Shown here: one piece after another, positions 11,401 to 18,081 of the stretch
Numbering within the stretch: the stretch's first letter is position 1
Layout of the letters: each line of letters begins with the position of its first letter
Assembly: GCA_041752695.1 (NCBI GenBank)
Contig: JBGSVZ010000012.1
Location: forward strand, 1-64,000
Length of the DNA: 64,000 nucleotides
Reading direction: 5' to 3'
From: Terrimicrobiaceae bacterium
GTDB lineage: Bacteria; Verrucomicrobiota; Verrucomicrobiia; Chthoniobacterales; Terrimicrobiaceae
Notes under the pieces: generated by a model
Told to the model about the DNA's origin: nothing
Databases searched by the model: none
What the model saw: the letters and a program-made list of their open reading frames with translations, nothing else
Program-made: the position numbers and the translations under genes

Positions 11401-13578
11401 GGTATCACCGCTGATTTTTGCAATCCAACCCGGAGGGGGATCGGTAATCGTGATTGTAGCGGTGCCGGTGATGATGTTGTAGAGCGTCGGCGCGGGCGTG
11501 AGGCTAAGGGTGACGTTTTCCGCGGCCTCGTAAATGGTATCAGGTGTGGGAGTGATTGTGACGGTCGCGCCAGTTGCACCGGCGGAAATGGTCGCGGTCT
11601 GGGGAGTGACGGTCGCGTAGTCGAGGCCGTTGAAAGCGGTGCCGGTGAGGGCGTATGGGACGGTGAGCGGCTGGTTGTGAGTTTCATTCCGGGTAATACT
11701 AAACGTACCGTTCAATCCCCCGGCTTCGGCGAGAGTAGCGGGGTTGCGGGAGAGAGTGATGCTGGGGAGCGGAATATTCAGTGGAACCGAGTTTGTCGGG
11801 ATAACGGCCCCGGAAGTCTCGGTGATGGTCGCGGTGAAGTTGTAGGAGCCGCTTACGAGGTTGGTGATGGTGTGGGTGTAGGGCGCGGAGCTATCCGTGG
11901 CAAGGAGGGCATTGTTTTGGAAAAACCTTACGTCGGTGACTCCATCGTCATTGTCCGTGGCGTTGACGTTGAGCGTGACGGTGGCCGGGGCAACGAAGGG
12001 ACCGCCGGTTAGGGTAAGCGAGCCAGAGGGAGGCTGGTTGCCAAGCGCATTCGTGCCGCTGGCGGTCGGAATGCTAACGATGGTGGCCGCACCGGTGCCC
12101 AGCATGAGGGAGATGTTGTTGCCCCAGGCGTACAGTTTTCCGTCTTCGTCGAGGGCGAGGCAGTACCCGGAACCCGTGCCTCCGGCGGAAATTGCGACCA
12201 CCTTGGGGGCATTGGCTGCGGTGCCGGTGACAGCGATCGGGACGGCCTGGGACACATTGGTAGTGTTGCCGTCGCCAACGGCACCGGTGTTGTTTCGGCC
12301 CCAGGCCCAGACGGTGCCGGAGAAATCAAGGGCCAGCGAGATGTGACCGCCGGCGTCGATCTTGTTGATGTTGTCGAGGAAGCCTCCGCTGAGCTTCTCA
12401 ACACGGAAGGCATAGCGTTTGGAATCAGATGCCGTTTGGCCGTTGCCGGTCGTGCCGTACTGCTGTTGGCCCCAGGCATAAACAGCATGATTGAATGTGC
12501 CGGTGTTACGGATGGCCACCGAGTGGTCCTCGCCTGCCGAAATGGCGCGGATGCCGTCCAGCACGGGCTGTTGGAGGTAGGATTCCCAGCGCAGAACCCG
12601 GTCGGCGCGGGTTTTGTTCGCGGTGTCGCCCTGGCCGAGTTGGCCCGAGCTATTCAAACCCCAACTCCAGACATTGCCGGAGGTGTCACGGGCCAGACCA
12701 TGGTAGAGACCGGCGGAGATTTCTTCGATGCCGGTAAGTTCAGGACTTCCTGAGGCGGCTTTGAGCACAAAGCCCGGGGCGGAACGGGCCGAAGTGGCGT
12801 TGTGCCCAAGTCGGCCCCAGACGCCCGAACCCCAGGAATAAACGCGCTTGCTGCCGGTGGCCTCGAGGGCGAGTGAGTAGTCACCGCCCGCGGCGACCTG
12901 GCTGATATTGGCTAATACGCCGGAGCCGCCCGAACCAACGACCTGGACGGCATTGGCACGAATCGTGGTGGTGTTATCGCCCAGTTGACCGGAGGCATTG
13001 GCCCCGCTGGCAAGAACGGTGCCCGAGCCGGTGACGATCAATGTGTGATTGCTGCCAGCCGAAATGTGCCTGGCCTGCGGGATGCTAGTGCCACTGCCAG
13101 ACGGATCCATAAGAACGGGGGACATAACAATGACCGCAGCCGTGCCGCTATTGCTAAGCGCGCCCTGAAACTGATCGCCCCACGCCAGCGCAAGACCATC
13201 AAAACGCAGCGCTCCAATGTGGGTGATCCCCGCGCTGACCATGCCGATGATGTCGTAGTCAGCAGCCGTCTCGGCACTTACCTGCCCGGATACGTTCCAG
13301 GCCCGCGCCTTGAGCGTGAGCGAACGCGAAACAGAGAGCGTCCCACCGTTAGCAATGGGGGCATCCGCCGTGGTGGGCGACTGTCCGTTTGTTGTGTAAC
13401 GGATTGTCACGCCTGGCGTGGCACAAGTGACCGTAACAGGTAACGAAAAGGAGCTCGCCTGACTGGAAGGGGAGAAAACGGGGGCGGACACCTGGCCGAA
13501 ACCGGTTGCGTGGCCGAAAAGCAAACCAAAGAGGAAAATTAGGCTTAGCCACGGTCGACCCCACGCATGCATTCGCAT
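2464..13578 (-). CDS. Giant exported multidomain surface protein (~3,700 aa): chitobiase/Fn3-associated, RCC1 repeats, Ig-like, Calx-beta, 4x LamG-like jellyroll with Ig and TSP3-like Ca-binding repeats, cadherin/PKD-like, variable C-terminal domain
   Basis: Signal peptide after M58/M60 of the ORF (…LSLIFLFGLLFGHATGFG). Motifs: TIRYTTNGQSPT; RCC1 repeats (ISAGxxHxLAL…VWxWGxNxxGQLG); four WxFDExxG…WHxVAxV…YVDG…GExDxVxI LamG units; DGDxLPDWWE/DxDGDGL repeats. Start could be 13578 or 13572. Confidence 0.9.
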   Translation of the reverse strand: MRMHAWGRPWLSLIFLFGLLFGHATGFGQVSAPVFSPSSQASSFSLPVTVTCATPGVTIRYTTNGQSPTTADAPIANGGTLSVSRSLTLKARAWNVSGQVSAETAADYDIIGMVSAGITHIGALRFDGLALAWGDQFQGALSNSGTAAVIVMSPVLMDPSGSGTSIPQARHISAGSNHTLIVTGSGTVLASGANASGQLGDNTTTIRANAVQVVGSGGSGVLANISQVAAGGDYSLALEATGSKRVYSWGSGVWGRLGHNATSARSAPGFVLKAASGSPELTGIEEISAGLYHGLARDTSGNVWSWGLNSSGQLGQGDTANKTRADRVLRWESYLQQPVLDGIRAISAGEDHSVAIRNTGTFNHAVYAWGQQQYGTTGNGQTASDSKRYAFRVEKLSGGFLDNINKIDAGGHISLALDFSGTVWAWGRNNTGAVGDGNTTNVSQAVPIAVTGTAANAPKVVAISAGGTGSGYCLALDEDGKLYAWGNNISLMLGTGAATIVSIPTASGTNALGNQPPSGSLTLTGGPFVAPATVTLNVNATDNDDGVTDVRFFQNNALLATDSSAPYTHTITNLVSGSYNFTATITETSGAVIPTNSVPLNIPLPSITLSRNPATLAEAGGLNGTFSITRNETHNQPLTVPYALTGTAFNGLDYATVTPQTATISAGATGATVTITPTPDTIYEAAENVTLSLTPAPTLYNIITGTATITITDPPPGWIAKISGDTQSAPPTDWLPLPFVTEVRQASGTPPLSQAPVTYTITSGGGGLAAISGAPATANTIVIPTGINGQAGAYYQLGPDPAVTSTITAFSGTSPLVTFTAQTVAGLWTHWPLNDGTGTTTDEITTFGADGSLVGGPTWTAGMDGRGALAFTGTAHVTMGAPTPPTRPLDLSAGSFTILTWVKYTSIPAPGTIRRFLGKGMDTSNPGYFLGLHGDGKIAFGLGATTNTAADTIVAKTTSPFADDQWHHVAVVMDRTAQTVQIFIDGTAWPLEKFPGTGGSVSASSLSLAGLTSLTATSGAGAPFTLASLNGTDQFFTGEIDDTQIHRKALSATEVADLHDFSGDNDGPGTPLPDWWEFRNFGNLNGLSVGNSDGDSLTNSQEYQGGTDPNDYFNGLLPEMQKLSGDAQIGEPSATLPQPLVVKLTNIGGAALPSAPVTFSITGTHGLIALSGTGPFASTQSFTTAGDGTASIFLRLGAQMGVTHSVVAQAVSGTSSVSTTFTATSDSTAHTNLVSGNGQIGLPDEYLSAPLVVEVLSGTAGPALAGRIVTFTVASGSGGLAATSGSASTTGSLVVTTGSDGRAFAWLKQGSAPAAANTVTAITGTTAAVTFSSTTTLADGLWARWKFDETTGTVAAEATGLAVSGTLAGGATWTTGTTSPQAVLFSGSNPYVTMGHPADSALDFGKGNFTLALWVNYTGAPAEPETRRLVSKGHTGWGAGYILALRGDGKLTAGLGSTTSQQADSLLFETTEEFNDGAWHHVAVVFDQIGGEARIYVDGTARSLTKEVGTGGTITSGTPITFSGMSALSATAATPFTISSLNGASEFFAGEVYDVRIYRRALDASDVQAVYNFSGDGDTLPDWWERKYLNTLAQGNGGNDDGDLRDNLAEYLNGSDPTDYYNGTLPILEKLSGDGQTGEVLSVLPNPLTVQVTTSGTAQDNAPVAFSISGSLGQIATSGTGPFGPTAEVRTGTAGTAAVYLQLSGSAGAAHQVQALATSGTTSTAVTFSATTELAASGTLTIISGNTQTGRANEYLGSPFTVEVRSGTAGTLQIGAPVTYTVTSGTGGLATQFGGTTYSGTLPLVTGSNGRAQAWFRLAADATNTISVTSGTSEVVFTATRAGGEVWSAWSFDEGYGNTAQETTGLGADGTLTNYPLWSEGFDGMGGVEFSGSNSYVTMGQPAGRSLDLGGDSFTVAFWVRYTEVPGSSETFRIVSKGFDNFGPGYFVGLRGDGKLAAGLGTTSGTAANAILFKTTGTFNDGQWHAVAAVYDRANGLAQIYVDGTARSLEKEVGTGGTVTSGTLSLAGLSTLSASGTASPFTISSFSGTSQFFQGEVDQVEIHKSVLGAPAIEAIYNADLDGNELPDWWEYKHFQYVGIDPDDDDDRDGLTNAEEYEQASDPTDYYDQGETTIIPVITLISGNGQTSGTDEFLTNPFTVEVHSGTTALVNAPVIFTVTSGSGVVADQPGGASGITNTVYTDSNGQAVAWYRQGNEVNVTSTITAQAGASNTLTFEASTSVINSLVGHWKFDEGTGTTASDSAPFLYTGTLVDGPTWQERFAGENSLHFSGSGAHVLTTSGTSGMLDFADADFSVTAWVKIGTTAPSGRIISKGNENANPGYFLAVNEQGQIETGLGTTQSGTSSETIRIKTNESFNDDAWHAVAAVYDRGTSTAKIYIDGTIRTISQDVGSGGAINPGDSTQLDYPGLENLSGSQSAVPLTIASQSGTSAFFMGGLDEVRIYRKALTAEEALALYQEDGELVALEDDLVLAEDTLGTIALRSHGGGDATPVYEIVTQPASGEVALSGATASYAPNAHFYGSDEFRFRVTKGAYSAEATIYVYVEAGDDPPLVNVAGGRSVTLPNAVSLSATVTDIDTDASYILLNWRQVSGAGTVEFTGVNSLSATATFSEPGEYVLQLSANDGTTVRSDSLVVIVNPAGSAGLPTVSVEEPENNTAYTFSQAIPLRAVASAGGGKTVAKVEFYEGSRKIGEDTVPDSVTGRYELQWTPDHLGAYNISAKVTDNVGQGVFSDGLEVRVTEGGWFTDEGVGAGNEGYSGSGGPGGIPEGTGTGSGSYVDTGLNGGGQSANGGGNGYGGPAGSGSETDSDGDGLSDVLERDKLGTRWEDPNNDKDSDGDGLEDGADAVPTNKVMKVLAAPEVQYAIIDLGTEYAAAGINDAGAVLLIKSGSTPNLQVGALWSSGTTQVIGEGHAGSFRGPILKSGTTGVYFGTPAQVTGTTGNSVSVSSNQYWVSGSVSNQGVYAETQNLSTALGVPLPGSPPSTGVLGAKAKAFENSAWASMKGSFDPQLVGWSPNPDGGHQQTLTASLHWANDIGDQSFSASTDASQALVRPGYYPNGMAVAMIVSGHQSLPDTSSSVAGYIRWGGDFPELPNFAKINDYRVNTNRQNIASVADRPAVVVASGTAHKYLPEALSVADISNLATTEGPYYVGTSSTAETTLWCYNSGTFARQPIGGSAPGGAGASKVASRMISNRLVIPQGTGIWRNGRFIDVRELCGGAAQDYTEWNIFQVSPEKNFLVATATKNSIQHAVLLLPIEMKLLWETENKANQVYNPTQKDDPWGGGGYGGYGTEQNGAPRNKLFLVPDPEDNKYKATLEVEMPEQFRTKFYAAAYVGETKVANSDTVFNAEGQCELEFEHLGTSNDIEDFAIRIGYDANNSSTLDPDEITKLDVKNLGEPIVRGTKVSKYDDAKDKIDNIIDGDWTTPGWATDLVLPHAKQFLRIFRQGDTAGVPSDKLPTSSVTVSFDAFNGYFAEWLTHNSGAPFSDEGVASITDYTWGPLTSTANMVATSPQIEEPVRNYYNSSVAGLAAAHFASLPVGSPPAYFPSETGLYDIPHTHESPAWVPVTTITFDSWLPNQGDDVNGTIGRGRLLNHKARYRVEKLLVNEGPPDAPYYVERLVVTQVISQGVAIDLYDFNHMVGGAAQDAAILQIGFGKGAYGGARDRGKIYRNRIEFNKTHASLP

Positions 13579-13827
13579 CGCGGCGGTTGTTTCACGAACG
13601 GATAAAAGCGTCGAGAAATTTCTCGAGAATTCTCGGCAACATTTGGGAACTTTCTTGGTCGCTGCCCGCCGATGCGAAATCGCCATCGCGCTGACCAAAT
13701 TCCAGGCGCATAGTGTCAAAGACCCCGGGTCTCGCCCCAGGACAAGCAATTCATCTGCTTTTCATGTCATCTGACCCTTACCTGCCCCCTTAGCACTTTC
13801 TTCGCAGGGATTTGTTCCTCAAAGACT

Positions 13828-14952
13828 TTACCGAAATCGACCCGCCCGGAAGGGCGCAAGTTCAAAGTGACTCTCACCCCGCGTGAGCAGATCCCGCGCA
13901 ATCTCCCCCATCACGCTGGCATATTTAAACCCATGCCCGCTGAACCCACCGATCACCCATACACCCTCTTCGACCTGATCAATGATCGGTGAGCGGTCCG
14001 GGGTGTTTTCAAAGAAGCACGTCTCCATCGCCAGCACGGGACCGTTCGCATCCGGGAAGATCCGCTGCACGAAACCGCGCATGTCCGCCTCATCTTCGGC
14101 ATCGACCGGGCGCCGAGGCGCATCAGGGTCGACAGCGGGCGAGGGGGATTCCCGCAATCGGCCGAGCTTAAATCCCGGCACGCCGTGAATGGGGAAGCCG
14201 TAAAAATGCCCTGTTTCCTCGGAGTCCACAATCCAGACCGGCAGGCGGCCTGGCGCAAAATTTCCCGCGTTCCGCACCGGCGCAAACCATCCCAGCACGG
14301 TGCGTTCCGCCGTCACCGGCATCCCAGGGAGCAAACGTCCAATCCACGCTCCGGCGGTGACGAGGATCTGCCCCGCTTCGTAACTTCCGCGATCCGTCCG
14401 CAGGACAAATCCTGCACCCGCGCGCTCCCAGCCCAGCACGCGTTCGTGTCCATGAATCTCCGCACCCGCCGCCAGGGCCAGGTTCACCTGGGCCGTGATC
14501 GCGGCCTCCGGCACGACAAATCCCGACCCGGGTTGATAAACCGCCTGCATCGCATCGAGCGGATTCAAGGCGGGGAATCTCTGACGAAGCTCTTCGGCGC
14601 CAAGGACTTCGTGGGCGATATCGCAGGATTCACAGGCCCGCAGGGAACCTCGAAAAACCGGGCTGTCCGGCGGTGCCACATCGAGGCTGCCCACCCGGTG
14701 AAATAGTGTTTCGCCCACCTCCTGGCCAATCTCATCCCACAGCTCCGCCGCGCGTAAAACCAGCGGCACGTATTTCGCGCTTTCGTGCAACCCGAGCCTG
14801 AGAATACGCGTCGCTCCGTGGGAACTGCCCCGGGTGTTGGGAATGGAAAATTGCTCAAGGCCCAAAACCCGCTGACCCGCGCGAGCTAGTCGCAGGCAGG
14901 CCGCGCTGCCTATTCCGCCAACTCCGATGACGGCAACATCGTAGGTTTTCAC
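13828..14952 (-). CDS. solA: Monomeric sarcosine oxidase / N-methyl-L-tryptophan oxidase family flavoprotein
   Basis: GxGxxG (GVGGIG), GSSHGxTRI, conserved covalent-FAD Cys context (ETCFFENTPD), GFSGHGFK. GTG start. Confidence 0.85.
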   Translation of the reverse strand: MKTYDVAVIGVGGIGSAACLRLARAGQRVLGLEQFSIPNTRGSSHGATRILRLGLHESAKYVPLVLRAAELWDEIGQEVGETLFHRVGSLDVAPPDSPVFRGSLRACESCDIAHEVLGAEELRQRFPALNPLDAMQAVYQPGSGFVVPEAAITAQVNLALAAGAEIHGHERVLGWERAGAGFVLRTDRGSYEAGQILVTAGAWIGRLLPGMPVTAERTVLGWFAPVRNAGNFAPGRLPVWIVDSEETGHFYGFPIHGVPGFKLGRLRESPSPAVDPDAPRRPVDAEDEADMRGFVQRIFPDANGPVLAMETCFFENTPDRSPIIDQVEEGVWVIGGFSGHGFKYASVMGEIARDLLTRGESHFELAPFRAGRFR

Positions 14953-14957
14953 TTAAA

Positions 14958-15008
14958 CTGTAGGCCGTCCCGCCGGGACGGCAGCCGCCGCAGCGCGATG
15001 GCCTACAG
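14958..15008. repeat. GTAG-type REP-like palindrome doublet
   Basis: CTGTAGGCC…GGCCTACAG ends with an internal GCCGTCCCGCCGGGACGGC hairpin, between gmaS and the oxidase gene. Confidence 0.55.
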
Positions 15009-15038
15009 CCCTGCTTCCAAAATCCATCTCTCCGCTCA

Positions 15039-16400
15039 TCAGAACAACGTCAAATACTGCCCGGTTTCCCAGCGGGAAATCTGGCGATGGTATTCGTTCC
15101 ACTCCTGCCATTTCAGTTTCAAGAATTCGCTCTGAATCACCCCGAGCGCATTCAGCACGACCGAGTCCTGCTCCAGCGCGGCAAGCGCCTCCTTGAGCGA
15201 TTGCGGCAGCGTGGTCAGATCTCGCGTGTAAATTTGCGTGCGCGTCAGCGTGTAAAGATTTCCGAGGTTTGGCTCCGGCGGGGCGATTTCTTTCTGGATA
15301 CCGTCGAGGCCCGCCGCGAGATAAGCGGCAAAAACCAGATAGGGATTGCAAGCCGCAGAAACCGTGCGGTCCTCAAAATGTCCCGGCCCGCAAATCCGCA
15401 ACATCTGCGTGCGATTGTTGTCGCCGTAGCTAATAAAAGCGGGCGTCCAGGTGAAGCCCGAGCGCGAACTGGTCAGTCCCGGACCGACCAGAAGACGTTT
15501 GTAACAATTCGCCGTCGGCGAGTTGATGGCGCACAGGGCCGGCGCGTGTTGCAGAATGCCGCCCAGAAAATGATAGGCGAGTTTTGACATACCAAACCCT
15601 TTGGGATCGGCTTCATCGACAAAAACATTGTCGCCGGTTTTCGCATCGGCCAGATGATAATGCACATGAGCGCCGCTGCCCGTGCGGTCGCTAAAGGGCT
15701 TCGCCATGTGCGTGGCAATCGCCCCATATTTCGGCGCGATCTGCGAGGTCATCATTTTAAAAAACGTGTAGCGGTCCGCCGTCACCTGCGAGTCGCTGTA
15801 GTTAAAGTTGACCTCGTATTGCCCGTTGGCGTCCTCGTGGTCCGCCTGATAAACGCCCCAACCCAGCACGTTGCAGGAACTGATGATCTCCCGCAGATAA
15901 TCCGACGCTGCCGCCAGTCCTTTATAGTCATAGCAAGGCTTGGACAGATGATCCACGCCTGCCGGGTCCCAGGGTTTGATGTTCCCGTGTTCGTCCTTGG
16001 TGACGAGAAAATGCTCGGGCTCGATCCCGACGTTAAACGTGTATCCCTGTTCGGCTGCCTGGCGCAGGACCCGTTTAAGGTTCTGGCGGGCGCAGAAGGG
16101 ATGGGCCTTGCCATCGACAAAAAGGTCCGCCGCAAAGCGGGCCGTTCCCGGCTGCCATGGCAGCGGCGTGTACGTATCGAGGTCGATGCGGGCCATCATA
16201 TCATGCGAATGCGGCCCCTGGCCCATGCCCCACAATGCGGCACCCGCGAAGCCCGCGCCCTCATCCACCAGCGTGTCGAAACTTTCCACCGGACACATCT
16301 TCACCTTGGCCGAACCGTGAATGTCCACAAACTGCGCGAGGAGAAATTTGATCCCATCCGCCCGCATCCGCTCCCTGATTTCCTCACGCGTCGTTGCCAT
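15039..16400 (-). CDS. gmaS: Type III glutamine synthetase family, gamma-glutamylmethylamide synthetase
   Basis: GS motifs (GIEPEHFL, DHEDANGQYE, MAKPF…GSGAHVH, YGDNNRTQMLR); GlnT-type N-terminus FLLAQFVDIHG…GAGFAG; adjacent to mgsABC. Confidence 0.85.
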   Translation of the reverse strand: MATTREEIRERMRADGIKFLLAQFVDIHGSAKVKMCPVESFDTLVDEGAGFAGAALWGMGQGPHSHDMMARIDLDTYTPLPWQPGTARFAADLFVDGKAHPFCARQNLKRVLRQAAEQGYTFNVGIEPEHFLVTKDEHGNIKPWDPAGVDHLSKPCYDYKGLAAASDYLREIISSCNVLGWGVYQADHEDANGQYEVNFNYSDSQVTADRYTFFKMMTSQIAPKYGAIATHMAKPFSDRTGSGAHVHYHLADAKTGDNVFVDEADPKGFGMSKLAYHFLGGILQHAPALCAINSPTANCYKRLLVGPGLTSSRSGFTWTPAFISYGDNNRTQMLRICGPGHFEDRTVSAACNPYLVFAAYLAAGLDGIQKEIAPPEPNLGNLYTLTRTQIYTRDLTTLPQSLKEALAALEQDSVVLNALGVIQSEFLKLKWQEWNEYHRQISRWETGQYLTLF

Positions 16401-16452
16401 GGCCGCGCAGCATTCCACGGGCACCCGGAGGCGTCAATTTTTTATACAACAA

Positions 16453-16473
16453 AAGTTGCATCTCCAGCAACTT
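16453..16473. promoter_or_regulatory. Palindromic operator candidate AAGTTGC-N7-GCAACTT in the divergent gmaS/mgsA promoter
   Basis: Perfect 7-bp inverted repeat in the 93-bp AT-rich intergenic region. Confidence 0.5.
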
Positions 16474-16493
16474 CGGTTAACTGTGCGGAAACC

Positions 16494-17399
16494 ATGTGTG
16501 GAATCGCCGCCTTTTTCGCCAAGTCTCCCGACAGCGAACAGAACCTCGGAAAACTTTTCAGTCCGATGCTTTCCTGCCTGGCGGGCCGCGGACCGGACAG
16601 CGCCGGGTTTGCCATCTATCGCAACCGTGCGGCGGAGAGTCGGACCAAGTTTGTCCTGCAACATCCCGATCCGCATTTCCCCTGGAAGGATCTTTTCCTC
16701 GGTTTTCCCGAGTCCAGTTATTCGGTGAACTCCACTCACTGCGTTTCGACCGTTAAGGAGGCAGACAATTTCCGAAAAGCCCTGGAGTCCAACCACCCGG
16801 GTGTCACCGTGATGAGTGCCGGGCAGCTAATTGAAATTTACAAGGAAACCGGCTCACCGTGTTCGGTGATCGAGCGGTTCGGATTGGAAACCGCCACCGG
16901 CAGCCATGCCATCGGCCACACCCGCATGGCGACGGAAAGCGCCGTCACCACGGCGGGTTCTCATCCGTTTTCCACCGGCATGGACCTCTGCCTGGTGCAC
17001 AACGGATCGCTGAGCAATCACAACCGTCTGCGGCGGAACCTGCGCCGCGAAGGCATCACCTTTCGCACCGAGAACGACTCCGAAGTGGCGGCGGGCTTTC
17101 TGGCGTGGAGGCTGCAACAGGGGGACTCGCTGGAAGACGCCCTGCATGGCGCGCTGCGATCATTGGATGGATTTTTTACCTTTGCCATTGGCACCGCCGA
17201 TGGGTTCGCCGTCTTGCGCGACCCCATTGCCTGCAAACCCGCGGTGCTGGCGGAAACCGACGACTATGTGGCTATGGCCTCGGAATACCGGTCGTTCACC
17301 CACCTCCCCGGCATCGAATCGGCCACAATTTGGGAACCGGACCCGGGCAAGGTTTACGTTTGGGAAAAAGCCACTACCCAGGAATTGCTCGCCGCGTGA
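16494..17399 (+). CDS. mgsA: N-methylglutamate synthase subunit A (class II glutamine amidotransferase, GlxB-like)
   Basis: Ntn N-terminus MCGI, RGPDSAG, GHTRMATES, HNGSLSN, NDSEV. Confidence 0.88.
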   Translation: MCGIAAFFAKSPDSEQNLGKLFSPMLSCLAGRGPDSAGFAIYRNRAAESRTKFVLQHPDPHFPWKDLFLGFPESSYSVNSTHCVSTVKEADNFRKALESNHPGVTVMSAGQLIEIYKETGSPCSVIERFGLETATGSHAIGHTRMATESAVTTAGSHPFSTGMDLCLVHNGSLSNHNRLRRNLRREGITFRTENDSEVAAGFLAWRLQQGDSLEDALHGALRSLDGFFTFAIGTADGFAVLRDPIACKPAVLAETDDYVAMASEYRSFTHLPGIESATIWEPDPGKVYVWEKATTQELLAA

Positions 17400-18079
17400 G
17401 AATCTACGACCTGGCCAGCCAGCCTCTCCGGGGACTGAACCAAATGCTGCACGACCTGACCGACGCGGAGTGCTCTGTGCCCGTGCATGTGTACGAGCCC
17501 CGTGGCGGACACGCCATTGCCTGCGGACTCACCAAGCCCGCGCATGTCGAGATCCACGGACACACCGGCTACTACTGTGCCGGGATGAACCAACGCGCGG
17601 AGGTGATCGTCCACGGCAATACCGGCACGGGTGTGGCGGAAAACATGATGTCCGGAAAAGTGACGGTCAAAGGCAACGCCAGCCAATCCGCCGGGGCCAC
17701 CGCGCACGGCGGCCTGCTCGTCATCGAGGGCAATGCGTCCCTGCGCTGCGGCATTTCGCTGAAAGGGGGAGACATCGTGGTAAAAGGCTCCATCGGGGCG
17801 ATGAGCGCGTTCATGGCCCAGGCTGGAAAGCTCGTGGTTTGCGGCGACGCTGGAGAAGCCCTCGGGGACTCCATCTACGAAGCCAAAATCTTTGTCCGCG
17901 GCGCCGTGGCCGGACTCGGAGCAGACTGTGTGGAAAAGGAAATGCGGCCCGAACACCTTGCCTTGCTTGCCGGTCTCCTGGAACGGGCCGGATGCGATGC
18001 CCGACCCGAAGACTTCCGCCGCTACGGCTCCGCCCGAAAACTTTATCACTTTCACGTGGATCACGCCGCGCACTATTAG
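17396..18079 (+). CDS. mgsB: N-methylglutamate synthase subunit B (GXGXG domain, GlxC-like)
   Basis: GYYCAGMN, GVAENMMSG, RCGISLKG, GDSIYEA. GTG overlaps the mgsA stop (GTGA). Confidence 0.88.
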   Translation: MRIYDLASQPLRGLNQMLHDLTDAECSVPVHVYEPRGGHAIACGLTKPAHVEIHGHTGYYCAGMNQRAEVIVHGNTGTGVAENMMSGKVTVKGNASQSAGATAHGGLLVIEGNASLRCGISLKGGDIVVKGSIGAMSAFMAQAGKLVVCGDAGEALGDSIYEAKIFVRGAVAGLGADCVEKEMRPEHLALLAGLLERAGCDARPEDFRRYGSARKLYHFHVDHAAHY

Positions 18080-18081
18080 CC

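Noticed and set aside
13579..13749. N-terminal 57 aa of the 3761-aa ORF
   Set aside because: The signal peptide begins at M58/M60; the upstream part is probably untranslated.
15039..16400. Ordinary glutamine synthetase glnA
   Set aside because: GlnT-type sequence and adjacency to mgsABC favour GmaS, although substrate is unproven.
15654..16493. Long N-terminal extensions of mgsA (and of mgsB/mgsC in the ORF track)
   Set aside because: They overlap gmaS or the preceding genes. The Ntn hydrolase must begin at MCG (16494); mgsB and mgsC starts fit coupling at 17396 and 18082.
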